Source: an uncultured Candidatus Rokubacteria bacterium
GTDB lineage: Bacteria; Methylomirabilota; Methylomirabilia; Rokubacteriales; CSP1-6
Length of the DNA: 64,000 nt
Reading direction: 5' to 3'
Assembly (NCBI GenBank): GCA_963762145.1
Contig: CAVXJS010000009.1
Location: 576,001 to 640,000, forward strand
The position numbers were made by a program, and so were the translations under genes. The notes beneath the pieces are model-generated. The model ran no database searches and was not told the origin of the DNA. It saw nothing but the letters and a program-made list of their open reading frames with translations. Positions 1-13,114 of the stretch are shown one piece after another; position 1 is the stretch's first letter, and the number at the start of each line of letters is the position of its first letter.

Positions 1-251
1 AGCGCAGCCTGGACGGCGCCGGAGCTCCCGCGAACCGCGACCGCGAACGCGCCGAAGGTGAAGAGGATCACGGCCGCGACCGCTCCGGCGGTCAGCACCC
101 GCCACACCGCGGACGGGGTCACGCACGGATCGGGAAAGGTCGCCTGGACCGCCCGCTCCGTCGGCTCGTCGATGAAGCCGGCCCGCCGCCAGCCGTCCGC
201 GGCACCGTGCACCTGCGCGGCCCGCTCCCAGGCGACCGAGTCCGGTCTCAT
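1..251 (-). CDS. Membrane protein, partial (runs off the window); partner of the DUF2157-like gene
   Basis: ATG at 251 overlaps the upstream TGA (ATGA); manual translation MRPDSVAWERAAQVHGAADGWRRAGFIDE...VWRVLTAGAVAAVILFTFGAF is open to the window edge and contains a hydrophobic helix. Confidence 0.65.
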   Translation of the reverse strand, partial: MRPDSVAWERAAQVHGAADGWRRAGFIDEPTERAVQATFPDPCVTPSAVWRVLTAGAVAAVILFTFGAFAVAVRGSSGAVQAA

Positions 252-1207
252 CGCTTCCGCATCCTCCGGTGGGCCGCCGTGACGACGACGAGCCCGGCCG
301 CGCCCAGGAGCGCGGCGAGGAGGAAGGCGAGGCTTCGGTGACCGGGCCGCTCGAAGAGGAGGCGGAGGAGCCCGACGTACGCGGCCACGACCGCCTGGGC
401 GAAGTAGAGGGAGCGGCCGAGACGGAGGGCGAGCCACGCGACGAGGCCCGCGACGGCGAGGAGCGCGACGAGCCAGGCGGTTCGCATCGCTCGGTCCTCG
501 AGGGCGCCCGAGACGAGCGCGCCGAGGAGCAGGAGCAGGCCCGCGTTGGCGAAGACGTCCTCGAAGTGCGCCTTGCGCCCGAGGCGCACCGAGAGCGCCG
601 CGGCGGCCAGGTAGACTCCCCCCAGCACGAGGGCATCGGCGCGCAGCCGCGCCTCGTCGAGCCCGGAGCCGCCGTGCGCCAGGCCGAGCGAGATGCCCCG
701 CCACGCGGCGAGCGTGGCGAGCGCCAGGCCGAGGACGGTCCGCGAGTCCCAGCGGTAGGCCGCGGCCAGGTAGAACGCGCCCACGACGAGGAGGTGGTAC
801 GGCCAGCTCGGACCGAGCGCGCCGAACTGGACCTCGACGTAGGCGAGGTCCGCGGAGAGGAGCAGGAGGCCCAGGAGCAGGACGTAGTCGAAGGCGACGT
901 GCGGCGACTCGACCACGCGCCACGAGAACGGCTCCGCCGTGCGGATCACCCACGCGAGGCAGGCGAGGGCGGCGAGCCCGATGCCGCCCGCGATGGTCAG
1001 GCGGCCGATCTCGTGGTGATGGGCGGCGACGAGCACGCCCACGCCCGACGTCAGCAGCAGGACCCCGACGTAGAGCAGGGCCCGGAGCTCGAAGCGGAGC
1101 GAGACGAGCCGCCGCCGGGCGACCCGTTCGAAGAGCGCGGCCTGCCCGTCGGAGAGGACACCGGCGGATCGCAGGCGGCCGATCGCGCTGACGACGTCCG
1201 GATTCAT
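248..1207 (-). CDS. DUF2157-like polytopic membrane protein
   Basis: 319 aa; short N-terminal helical domain, then SLRFELRALLYVGVLLLTSGVG and many TM helices; GGAGGT SD upstream. Confidence 0.7.
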   Translation of the reverse strand: MNPDVVSAIGRLRSAGVLSDGQAALFERVARRRLVSLRFELRALLYVGVLLLTSGVGVLVAAHHHEIGRLTIAGGIGLAALACLAWVIRTAEPFSWRVVESPHVAFDYVLLLGLLLLSADLAYVEVQFGALGPSWPYHLLVVGAFYLAAAYRWDSRTVLGLALATLAAWRGISLGLAHGGSGLDEARLRADALVLGGVYLAAAALSVRLGRKAHFEDVFANAGLLLLLGALVSGALEDRAMRTAWLVALLAVAGLVAWLALRLGRSLYFAQAVVAAYVGLLRLLFERPGHRSLAFLLAALLGAAGLVVVTAAHRRMRKR

Positions 1208-1244
1208 CGGGCACCTCCCGACGACCGCGTCCGACCACCGCGGG

Positions 1245-4200
1245 TCACTTCGCCACCACGCGGTCGTAGAGCGCCCGCACCCACGCGGTGCGACGGCGAT
1301 AGTCCTCGATGAACTCCTTCCGCGACGGGTAGTCCAGGGTCTTGGCGAGCCGGGCCGGGTTCGGGCCGGCCAGCTCCAGGGTGTCGCCGGGCCGTGTGCC
1401 GAAAAGGCGGAGCCCGAGCGACACCCGCCGCAGGAAGCGGTACTGCTCGGCGAGCGTGGCGCAGTCCTCCGCGGGCAGGAGCCCGGCCACCGCGATCTCG
1501 CGGATGGCGTGCAGGGTGTTGGCGCGGCGCAGGCCCGGATGCCGGGCCCCGTGGCGCATCTGCACCGCCTGGGTGATGAACTCGACGTCCACGAGCCCGC
1601 CGCGCCCGAACTTCACGTGGAAGCGGCCCGGCGTCTCCTTCCCCAGCTCGCGCTCCATGCGCTCCCGCAGGGCGCGCATCTCCTTGAGGTCGGGCGGCGG
1701 CGCCTCGGGCCCGTAGAGCAGCCCGCGGATGCGCCGGCGCACCGCGCGGCCGAGACGCGGATCACCGCCCACGAGCCGGGCGCGCGTGAGGGTCTGTCGC
1801 TCCCACGGATCCGCCCACTCGCGGTAGTAGCGCTCGAGCGCGTCGTCGCTGCTGGCGAAGCCGCTGCCCTTGGAGCCGGGGCGCAGGCGCAGGTCGACCG
1901 CGAAGGCCACGCCGGCCGCGGTGATGTCGCCGAGGAGACCGCTCAGCGCCTCCACCGCGTGGTCGTAGAACACGTGCGCCTCCACCGGCGGCTCGCCGTC
2001 GGTGAACCCGGCGCCCCCGTACACCACGAAGAGGTCGAGATCCGAGCCGGTGGTGAGCTCGCGTCCACCGAACTTGCCGAGACCGATGATGGCCGCGGGC
2101 ACGAGCCGGCCGCGCACGTCGCGCGGGACACCGCCGTGCTGGGCCACCGTCTCCTCGAGCGCCAGCATCCACGCCACCGCGAGGGTGGCCTCGGCGAGCG
2201 CGGTCATCTCCAGCGAGAAGCGCTCCGCGTCGGTCACTCCCAGGAGCATGCGCCAGATGATGCCGAGCTCCTGCGCCTGCTTGAGCCGCCGCAGGACATC
2301 CGCCCGCTCGGCGCGCGCGAGGCGCGGCGCGAGCACGGGGGCCAGCTCGCGACGGAAGTCAGGGGCGCGCTTGTGTGCCGCGAAGGTCTCCGGGCTCGCC
2401 AGGCCATTGAGCAGCTCCGGCTGGGCGATCAGGAGCTCGGTCAGCAGCTCGCCGCGGGAACAGAGCCGGACCAGGTTCGTGAGCAGCTCCGGACGGTCGG
2501 CCAGGAGCTCGAGGTAGGCGGTCCTCGGTCCCGCCGCGGAGACGAACCGCTCGAACTGGCCGAGCGCCTCGTCGGGATCCGGGCTCTGCCAGAGCGCGTC
2601 GAGCAGCACCGGGAAGAGGCGGGCCACCGCGTGGCCGGCCGCGGCCGGGTACGGGATCAGCGGCCGGCCCTCGAGGACCAGCCGGAGATTCTGGCGGGCG
2701 CGATCCGGATCGGTGAACCCGGTCGCCTTGAGCGAGGTATAGCTCGGGATGCGCAGCGGGCGCGCCGCGGCGGCCGGCGGCGCGGCGAAGAACTCGCGGA
2801 AGGCCCGGTGCACGAGCGCGGTCACGCGCCGGTGCTCGACCATGAAGCGCCGCGCCGCGGTGGCCGGAGGCTGCGCCGCGCCCATGCGGCGCGCGAGGAG
2901 CCCGAGCGCGCGCGGCTCCTCCGGCAGCGTGTGGGTCTGGAACTCGTGGACGAGCTGCAGGCGGTGCTCGACGGTGCGGAGATAGACGAGCGCGTCGCCC
3001 AGCTCGCGCCCGAGCGCGTGCGACAGGTAGCCCCGCTCGGTGAGGCGGAAGATCGCGCGCAGGCTGTTCCGCTCCCGCAGCCACGGGTCGTCGCCGCCGT
3101 AGAGGAGCTGCATCGCCTGGATGAGGAACTCCACCTCGCGGATGCCCCCGCGGCCGAGCTTGACGTTGCGATGCGAGGCGTCCTTGCCCCGGAGCGAGCG
3201 GTCGATCTGGGTCTTCATCTCGCGCACCGCGCGCACGATGGCCGGGTCGAGGCCGGGCCGGTAGACGAACGGGCGCACCGCCTCGAAGAAGTGCCCGGCC
3301 ACCGCCTCGTCGCCGGCGCAGAGGCGCGCCTTGATGAGGGCCTGCCGCTCCCAGAGCTCGGCGCGGTCGGCGAAGTAGGTGCGATAGCCGGCCACCGACC
3401 GGATCAACGCCCCCGAGCGCCCCTCGGGGCGCAGGCGCAGATCCACCCGGAAGACGTGGCCCTCCTCGGTGACCGACTCGAGCGTGTCCACGATGGACCG
3501 GACCGCCTGGGTGAAGAACTCGCCGTTGGCGATGCGGCCCGACTCGCCCCCCGCGGTCTCCCCGTCCTCGCCGTAGACGAAGATCGGATCGATGTCCGAG
3601 GAGTAGTTGAGCTCCTCGCCGCCGAGCTTGCCCATGCCGATGACCGCGAGCCCGGTGGGCGCGCCGTCGACCCCGATCGGCGCGCCGTAGAGCCGCTCGA
3701 GGCGCTCGCGCGCCCAGTCCCAGGCCGCGGCCAGGCACACGTCGGCCATGTGCGACAGCTCCTCGGTGGTCACGGTGAGATCGGCGTCGCCCAGGATATC
3801 GCGGCACCCGATGCGCAGGAGCTGGCGGTACTTGAAGCGGCGGAGCGCGTTGAGCCGCGCCTCGGGCCGCTCGAAGGCCTTGAGGCTCGTGGCCAGATCC
3901 TCCGCCAGCTCGTCGGCCAGCCACTGCCGCATCGTCCGCGGCTCCAGCAGCCAGGGCAGCAGCGTGGGATAGCGCCGGAGGGTGTCGGCCAGGAACTGGC
4001 TGGTGCCGCCCAGACGCGCGAGGAGCGGGATGGCGCCCGGATGCGCGCCGAGCAGGCGGAGGAAGGAGACGTGCTCGCGCTGGGCGGCGAGGCGCTCGAG
4101 ATTGTTGAGCGCCATGTCCGGATCCGGGGCCGCGGCAAGCTCGGAGAGCAGGCGCGCCAGCGCGGGCGCGAGCAGCTCGGCCTCGCGCGGCGTGGGCGTC

Positions 4201-4307
4201 AGCGCGTGCAGGTTGCGCAACGCCGCCGCGGGATCCGCGAAGCCCAGGCGCTTGAGCTCACGCAGCGCGGTCCGACTATCCGGCGCGGCCGCGAGCAAGT
4301 CCTTCAA
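1245..4307 (-). CDS. glnE: Bifunctional glutamine synthetase adenylyltransferase/adenylyl-removing enzyme
   Basis: 1020 aa; two nucleotidyltransferase domains (GKLGGEELNYSSDID, GKFGGRELTTGSDLD), two VDLRLRP motifs, KLGRGGIREVEF; TTG start uncertain. Confidence 0.93.
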   Translation of the reverse strand: MKDLLAAAPDSRTALRELKRLGFADPAAALRNLHALTPTPREAELLAPALARLLSELAAAPDPDMALNNLERLAAQREHVSFLRLLGAHPGAIPLLARLGGTSQFLADTLRRYPTLLPWLLEPRTMRQWLADELAEDLATSLKAFERPEARLNALRRFKYRQLLRIGCRDILGDADLTVTTEELSHMADVCLAAAWDWARERLERLYGAPIGVDGAPTGLAVIGMGKLGGEELNYSSDIDPIFVYGEDGETAGGESGRIANGEFFTQAVRSIVDTLESVTEEGHVFRVDLRLRPEGRSGALIRSVAGYRTYFADRAELWERQALIKARLCAGDEAVAGHFFEAVRPFVYRPGLDPAIVRAVREMKTQIDRSLRGKDASHRNVKLGRGGIREVEFLIQAMQLLYGGDDPWLRERNSLRAIFRLTERGYLSHALGRELGDALVYLRTVEHRLQLVHEFQTHTLPEEPRALGLLARRMGAAQPPATAARRFMVEHRRVTALVHRAFREFFAAPPAAAARPLRIPSYTSLKATGFTDPDRARQNLRLVLEGRPLIPYPAAAGHAVARLFPVLLDALWQSPDPDEALGQFERFVSAAGPRTAYLELLADRPELLTNLVRLCSRGELLTELLIAQPELLNGLASPETFAAHKRAPDFRRELAPVLAPRLARAERADVLRRLKQAQELGIIWRMLLGVTDAERFSLEMTALAEATLAVAWMLALEETVAQHGGVPRDVRGRLVPAAIIGLGKFGGRELTTGSDLDLFVVYGGAGFTDGEPPVEAHVFYDHAVEALSGLLGDITAAGVAFAVDLRLRPGSKGSGFASSDDALERYYREWADPWERQTLTRARLVGGDPRLGRAVRRRIRGLLYGPEAPPPDLKEMRALRERMERELGKETPGRFHVKFGRGGLVDVEFITQAVQMRHGARHPGLRRANTLHAIREIAVAGLLPAEDCATLAEQYRFLRRVSLGLRLFGTRPGDTLELAGPNPARLAKTLDYPSRKEFIEDYRRRTAWVRALYDRVVAK

Positions 4308-4351
4308 GGGCTACCCGCTACCTGCGGAAGGGCCGGGGGGCGGCCATCACG

Positions 4352-4453
4352 GGTTGTCCGCCGACTGGGGGAGTGCGGGGGCCATGTCTGGGCCCCCGCA
4401 TATGGAGGGCCTGAAGAAGTAAACGGTAATCCGCGCCGGAACGGTTGACAGCA
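4352..4453. repeat. ~100 bp MITE/REP-like element, family A copy 1
   Basis: GGTTGTCCGCCGA...TGGGGGAGTGCGGGGGCCATGTCTGGGCCCCCGCAT...TTGACAGC; core nearly identical to 25425-25523. Confidence 0.7.
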
Positions 4454-4466
4454 CAGAAACCCGAAG

Positions 4467-4502
4467 CCCCTCACCCTGCCCTCTCCCCACCAGGGGAGAG
4501 GG
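4467..4502 (+). repeat. REP-like palindrome, family B copy 1
   Basis: CCCCTCACCCTGCCCTCTCCCC-ACCA-GGGGAGAGGG; inverted copy at 56581-56615. Confidence 0.8.
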
Positions 4503-4513
4503 TGATGGAGAGC

Positions 4514-6357
<1,844 letters not shown>

Positions 6358-7965
6358 CTAGGCCTCCTCTTCCAGGATCGGGTACACCAGCGCGGTGATG
6401 TGGGACGAGATGCGCTTGAGATTGGTCAACACGTCGAGATGGATCTCGGACGTCTCGAGCGACTCGGCCAGCCCGCGCCGCAGCCGGGCCAGGTGCGAGT
6501 CGCGGAGCTCGCGCTCGCGCTGCCGCATCAGCGGCCGCATGTCGAGCACCTCCCGGGCGAGGCTGCGGTCGTTGGCCGCGAAGCTCGCGATGGCCCGCTC
6601 GAGGTTCTTCGAGACGAGTGAGTGGAACTCGATCAGCTCGGCCTCGCCCGCCTCCGAGAAGCGGCGGCCCTGGTAGAGCTTCTTCCGCGCGAGCTCCATC
6701 AGGTTCTTGTCGATGATGTCACCGATGTTCTCGAGGTTCCCGATGAAGGAGATCAGGGCGATCTCCTTCTGGGCCATGTCCGCGCTCATGGTCTCCCGCC
6801 CGAGCCGCGCGATGAAGAGCTTGATCTCGCGGTCGAGGTAGTCGAGCTGGTCGTCGCGCCGCTCCACGTCCTCCAGCAGCTCCTGGTTGGCGGTCCGGAG
6901 CACCACCATAGCATCGCGCAGCATGCTCTGGGCGACGTCGCCCATGCGCAGCGCTTCGCGCGTCGCCTGCCCGATCGCGAGGGCCGGCTGGTCCAGGTAA
7001 CGGTCGTCGAGGTAGCGCGTGCGGTAGGGATTGTCGCCGCGCTCCTCCTCCGGCACCAGCGCGGTGATCACCCGGGCCGCCCAGGGCGCGAAGGGCAGGA
7101 AGAGCGCGCTGATCGCCACGTTGAAGAAGGTGTGGGCATTGGCGATCTGGCGGGCCACGTCGCCCGCGGTCTGGGAGACCAGACTCGTGAGCGGCCCGAT
7201 GAACGGGAAGACGAGCGCGACCCCGAGGACCTTGAACGCGATGTGGGCCACCGCGACCCGGCGCGCGTCGGAGGAGGAGCGCAGGCTCGCGGCCAGCGCG
7301 GTGGCGCACGTGCCGATGTTGGCGCCCAGCACCACCGGGATCGCGGCGCCGAGGGGCAGCAGCCCCTGGTGGCCGAGCGAGAGGGTGAGGCCGATGGTGG
7401 CCGCGGAGGAGGCCATGCTCGCGCTCAGCACCGCGCCGACCAGCAGGGAGAGGAACTGGTTGTCGGCCAGCGCCACCAGCACCTGCCGCGTCAGCTCGTT
7501 CTCGGTGAGGGGAGCGAGGCCGTCGTTCATCACCTTCATGCCGAGGAAGATGAAGCCGAAGCCCAGGATCACCTGCCCCAGGCTCTTCACCAGGCCGCGG
7601 CGCGCGAAGAAGCTCATCGCGAAGCCGGCGCCGACCAGGAGCAGCGAGAGCTCCTGGACCTTGAAGGCGAGGAGCTGGACGGTCACGGTGGTGCCGATGT
7701 CGGCGCCCAGGATCACGCCGAGCGACTGGGGGAACGTGACGAGTCCCGCCGAGACGAAGCCGATGAGCATCAGGGTGGTCGCCGACGAGGACTGGATGAT
7801 CGACGTCACCAGCGCGCCCGAGGCCACCGCGGCGAGGCGGGTGCGCGTCATGCTGGTCAGCAGGTGGCGCAGGTGGCCGCCCGCGGCACGCTGCAGGCCC
7901 TCGCCGATGAGCTGCATGCCGTAGAGCAGCAGGGCGAGGCCGCCGAAGAGGGCGAGGAGCGTCAT
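6358..7965 (-). CDS. Na/Pi cotransporter family protein with C-terminal PhoU-like domains
   Basis: QSSSATT, GADIGTT and GANIGT repeats; helical C-terminus with LENIGD. Confidence 0.9.
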   Translation of the reverse strand: MTLLALFGGLALLLYGMQLIGEGLQRAAGGHLRHLLTSMTRTRLAAVASGALVTSIIQSSSATTLMLIGFVSAGLVTFPQSLGVILGADIGTTVTVQLLAFKVQELSLLLVGAGFAMSFFARRGLVKSLGQVILGFGFIFLGMKVMNDGLAPLTENELTRQVLVALADNQFLSLLVGAVLSASMASSAATIGLTLSLGHQGLLPLGAAIPVVLGANIGTCATALAASLRSSSDARRVAVAHIAFKVLGVALVFPFIGPLTSLVSQTAGDVARQIANAHTFFNVAISALFLPFAPWAARVITALVPEEERGDNPYRTRYLDDRYLDQPALAIGQATREALRMGDVAQSMLRDAMVVLRTANQELLEDVERRDDQLDYLDREIKLFIARLGRETMSADMAQKEIALISFIGNLENIGDIIDKNLMELARKKLYQGRRFSEAGEAELIEFHSLVSKNLERAIASFAANDRSLAREVLDMRPLMRQRERELRDSHLARLRRGLAESLETSEIHLDVLTNLKRISSHITALVYPILEEEA

Positions 7966-7966
7966 C

Positions 7967-8599
7967 TCAGGGGCTCAGCGGGGCGGTGACCGCGACGTCG
8001 ATGTCGCGCAGGTGGCCGGTCTCGTTCACCGAGACCACCCGCGGCGGGGCGATCTCGGAGAGCGAGCAGTTGGCGACCGCGATCCGCCAGATCGAGGACA
8101 GCGGCAGGCCGAGCCAGTGGGCGAGGAGGGCGCTGATCACGCCGCCGTGGGAGACGATCAACACGTCGTCGCCGTTCGGATGCGCGGCCGCGATCCGGCC
8201 GACCGCCTGGACCACGCGCGCCTGCACGTCGGCGAGCGGCTCGCCGCCCGGCGGCAGGCACTGCACCGGATCGCGCACCCACCGGGCATAGGGATCGCCG
8301 GGCTGGGTGCGGATCTCCTCGACCGTGCAGCCCTCCCACTCGCCCAGCGACAGCTCGCGGAGGTCGTCCACCATCGTGAGCGGCACGCCGAGACCGCCCA
8401 GCGCGATCTCGGCGGTGCGCCGGGCGCGCTCGAGCGGGCTCGCGTAGACGTGGGCGATCGGCCGCCGGCCCATCGCCAGGCCGAGCGCCTCCGCCTGGCG
8501 GATGCCGAGCGGCGACAGCGCCACGTCCTGCGCCCCCTGGAAGCGCCTCACCGCGTTGGAGACGGACTGGCCGTGGCGCGCGAGCAGGAGGCGCCTCAC
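7967..8599 (-). CDS. Histidine phosphatase family protein (CobC/PhoE-like)
   Basis: GTG at 8599 overlaps gltX TGA; LARHGQ, ASPLERA, LRELSLGEWEG, VSHGG motifs; 210 aa. Confidence 0.88.
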   Translation of the reverse strand: MRRLLLARHGQSVSNAVRRFQGAQDVALSPLGIRQAEALGLAMGRRPIAHVYASPLERARRTAEIALGGLGVPLTMVDDLRELSLGEWEGCTVEEIRTQPGDPYARWVRDPVQCLPPGGEPLADVQARVVQAVGRIAAAHPNGDDVLIVSHGGVISALLAHWLGLPLSSIWRIAVANCSLSEIAPPRVVSVNETGHLRDIDVAVTAPLSP

Positions 8600-10017
8600 C
8601 GCCTGGCCTCCACCGCGGCCGCGGCGGCCTTGAGCCGGGCCACCGCCTCCGGCTTGCCGAGGATGCTCACCACCTCGAAGATCGAGGGGCTCGCGGTCTT
8701 GCCGGTCAGCGCGATGCGCGTGAGCTGGGCCAGGTCCACGAGCTTGAGTCCGAGGTCGGCGGCGAGGAAGCGGTAGAGCTCCTCCAGCGCCTGCGGATCC
8801 ATCGCTTCCTGAGCCTCGAGGCGCTTGATCAGGATCGCGTAGCGCTCGGGAGCCTGCTCCTTCCAGAACTTGGCGGTGGACTGCGGGTCGTAGGCATCCG
8901 GCGGGCGCAGGTAGAACGCGGCCTGCTCGGCCATCTCGAACAGCGTGCGCGCCCGCTCCTTGAGCGTGTCCACCACCCGCGCGAGCCAGCCGAGATCGCG
9001 CGGAGGGGGCAGACCGGCCCGCTCGAGGAAAGGGACCAGCTCCTCGGCGAGGCGGGCGGCGGGCAGCCGCTTGATCCACTGGTGGTTCACCCACGTGAAC
9101 TTCTCCAGGTCGAAGACCGCGTCGGCCGCGCCCACGTGGGCCAGGTCGAAGTGCCGGATCAGCTCCTCTCGCGAGAAGATCTCTTGATCCCCGTGGGACC
9201 AGCCGAGGCGCGCCAGGTAGTTCAGCATGGCCTCGGGCAGGATCCCCATGTCCCGGAAGGCCAGCACCGAGGTGGCGCCGTGCCGCTTGGAGAGCCGCGT
9301 CTTGTCCGCGGCCAGGATCATCGGGATGTGCGCGAAGACCGGCAGCGGATAGCCGAGGGCCTGGTAGCAGAGCACCTGCTTCGGCGTGTTCGAGAGGTGA
9401 TCGCTGCCGCGAATGACGTGGGTGATCTTCATGGTCACGTCGTCCACGACCACGCAGAAGTTGTAGGTCGGCGTGCCGTCGGTCCGGACGAGGATCCAGT
9501 CGTCCAGCTCGGCGTGGCTGAACACCACGCGGCCCCGGTTCACGTCGTCCACCACCGTCTCGCCCTCGCGCGGAATCGCCAGACGCAGGGCGTGCGGCTC
9601 GGAGGCGGGCACGTTGGCCGCGCGGCAGGTCCCCGGGTAACGGAACGTCTCCTTGCGGGCCTCCGCGCTCTTCCGCAGCGCGTCCAGCGTCTCCGGCGTG
9701 CACCGGCAGCGATAGGCACGGCCCTCCGCGAGCAGCCGCTCGGCGTGCGCGCGGTAGATGTCGAGGCGCTCGGTCTGGCGATAGCCGGGGGTGGGCGGAC
9801 CCTCGTCCCAGTCGAGGCCGAGCCAGCGCAGCGCCTCGAGGAGCGACTGGGTGAACTCCTCGGTGGAGCGCGAGCGATCGGTGTCCTCGATCCGGAGCAC
9901 GTACGCGCCCTGGTGGTGGCGCGCGTAGAGCCAGTTGAAGAGCGCGGTGCGGGCTCCGCCCACGTGGAGATGTCCCGTGGGACTGGGAGGAAAGCGCACG
10001 CGAACGGAATCGGACAT
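8596..10017 (-). CDS. gltX: Glutamate--tRNA ligase
   Basis: [18 protein letters not shown] (HIGH), [14 protein letters not shown] (KMSKS-like). Confidence 0.95.
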   Translation of the reverse strand: MSDSVRVRFPPSPTGHLHVGGARTALFNWLYARHHQGAYVLRIEDTDRSRSTEEFTQSLLEALRWLGLDWDEGPPTPGYRQTERLDIYRAHAERLLAEGRAYRCRCTPETLDALRKSAEARKETFRYPGTCRAANVPASEPHALRLAIPREGETVVDDVNRGRVVFSHAELDDWILVRTDGTPTYNFCVVVDDVTMKITHVIRGSDHLSNTPKQVLCYQALGYPLPVFAHIPMILAADKTRLSKRHGATSVLAFRDMGILPEAMLNYLARLGWSHGDQEIFSREELIRHFDLAHVGAADAVFDLEKFTWVNHQWIKRLPAARLAEELVPFLERAGLPPPRDLGWLARVVDTLKERARTLFEMAEQAAFYLRPPDAYDPQSTAKFWKEQAPERYAILIKRLEAQEAMDPQALEELYRFLAADLGLKLVDLAQLTRIALTGKTASPSIFEVVSILGKPEAVARLKAAAAAVEARR

Positions 10018-10058
10018 GGAGCTTCATTGTACTCCGGGCGACCGCCCCGCCCGCGGAC

Positions 10059-10159
10059 GCCCGGGAGGTTTCCCGGGGAGGTCTCCCGGGAAGTCCCGGA
10101 GGGCCTCCCCCAGGGACCGCCCCAAGGGTCTGCCCCAAGGGTCTGCCCCAAGGGTCTGC
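10059..10159 (+). repeat. Degenerate 12-13 bp tandem array in the gltX/glnS divergent promoter region
   Basis: GCCCCAAGGGTCT exact x3 (10119-10157), preceded by ~5 decayed CCCGG(G)AGGTCT-like units. Confidence 0.75.
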
Positions 10160-10177
10160 AATGTTACGATCAGGCCC

Positions 10178-11859
<1,682 letters not shown>

Positions 11860-11873
11860 GCCCCGCGGCCAGG

Positions 11874-12269
11874 TCAGAACTCCGCGTATATCTCCAGAAG
11901 GTTGCCGTCGGGATCGAAGAAGAAGAGCGTGCGGTGTCGAAAGGGCTGGTCGGTCGGCGGCGACAGGAGGGGGATTCCCGCCGCGGACAGCTCGGCGGCA
12001 CAGACGTCTACCGCCTCGTAGGGAACCCGGAACGCAAGCTGCACCGAGGCGATGCCGGCCGGGGGCGTCGGGCTCTCGCCGAATCTGAAGCGGCCCGCCA
12101 GGGCCAGGATGTTCGGGCCGATGCGATACTCGACCCAGTTCGGGGATAGCTCACGCACGAACTGAAATCGCAAGGTGCGCTCGTAAAACGCGCGCATCGC
12201 TTCCATGTCGCGCACGCGAACGACCGTGTAGTCCAGCGCCTGAATGGCCGACAGTCCGGCAGGGCCCAT
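11874..12269 (-). CDS. VOC/glyoxalase family protein
   Basis: LDYTVVRVRDMEAMRAFY...HRTLFFFDPDGNLLEI; start approximate. Confidence 0.85.
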   Translation of the reverse strand: MGPAGLSAIQALDYTVVRVRDMEAMRAFYERTLRFQFVRELSPNWVEYRIGPNILALAGRFRFGESPTPPAGIASVQLAFRVPYEAVDVCAAELSAAGIPLLSPPTDQPFRHRTLFFFDPDGNLLEIYAEF

Positions 12270-12274
12270 CCGGT

Positions 12275-13024
12275 CTAGTGGAAGAAGACCCCGCCGTCGA
12301 TGTTGAGGACCTGCCCGGTCACGCTGTCCGTCCGGCAGAACGCGGCCACCTGATCCGCGACGTCCTCCACACTCGCCGCGCGCTTGAGCACGGCGCGCTG
12401 GCGCGCCCCGTCGGCCAGCTCGGGTCGAAGCCGTGAGGTCATCCGCGTCCCCTCCATCAGCCCCGGCGCCACGCAGTTCACGCTGACCTGGGGCGCGAGC
12501 GCCACCGCGAGGCAGCGCGTGAGATGGATGAGCCCGGCCTTGCTCGTCGCGTAGGCGATGCTGCTGCCCCCCGGATTGAGCCCGGCGACCGAGGCGATGT
12601 TGACGATGCGGCCGGAGCCGCTCGCCTTCAAGTGCGGAGCGGCCGCCCGGCACAGCAGGTAGGGGCCGCGCAGGTTCGTCGAGAAGAGCCGGTCCCAGGT
12701 CGGCGCGTCGAGCGCTTCCAGATCCGGGAACGGGATGCTGATGTTCCACGCCGCGTTGTTGACCAGCGCATCGAGGCGGCCGAACTGGCGCACCACCGCC
12801 TCGATGGCGGGCGCGATCGCGGCGGCGTCGGTCTGGTCCAGCGCGATGCTCCACGCCTTGCGTCCGAGCCCTTCGACCGCGGCGCAGGTCTCCCTGGCGG
12901 CGTCCTTGCGCTCGAGGTAGGTGATGGCGACGTGAGCGCCCTCCTTCGCGAGGGCCCGCGCGATGGCGATGCCGAGCGTTCCGGTGCCGCCCGCCACCAG
13001 GGCGACGCGATCCTTGAGGTCCAT
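12275..13024 (-). CDS. SDR family oxidoreductase (FabG-like)
   Basis: MDLKDRVALVAGGTGTLG, LVNNAA, YATSK; 249 aa. Confidence 0.9.
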   Translation of the reverse strand: MDLKDRVALVAGGTGTLGIAIARALAKEGAHVAITYLERKDAARETCAAVEGLGRKAWSIALDQTDAAAIAPAIEAVVRQFGRLDALVNNAAWNISIPFPDLEALDAPTWDRLFSTNLRGPYLLCRAAAPHLKASGSGRIVNIASVAGLNPGGSSIAYATSKAGLIHLTRCLAVALAPQVSVNCVAPGLMEGTRMTSRLRPELADGARQRAVLKRAASVEDVADQVAAFCRTDSVTGQVLNIDGGVFFH

Positions 13025-13114
13025 GGCGCCATAGCCTACCAGAATCGGCCTGCGGGGAACGGCCGACGTCCCGGGCTTGAAGCGGTCGGGGCGCGGCCGT
13101 ACACTCGCCCGGTC

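Noticed and set aside
10059-10159. Tandem repeats as a mini-CRISPR
   Set aside because: 13-bp units with no spacers and no cas genes
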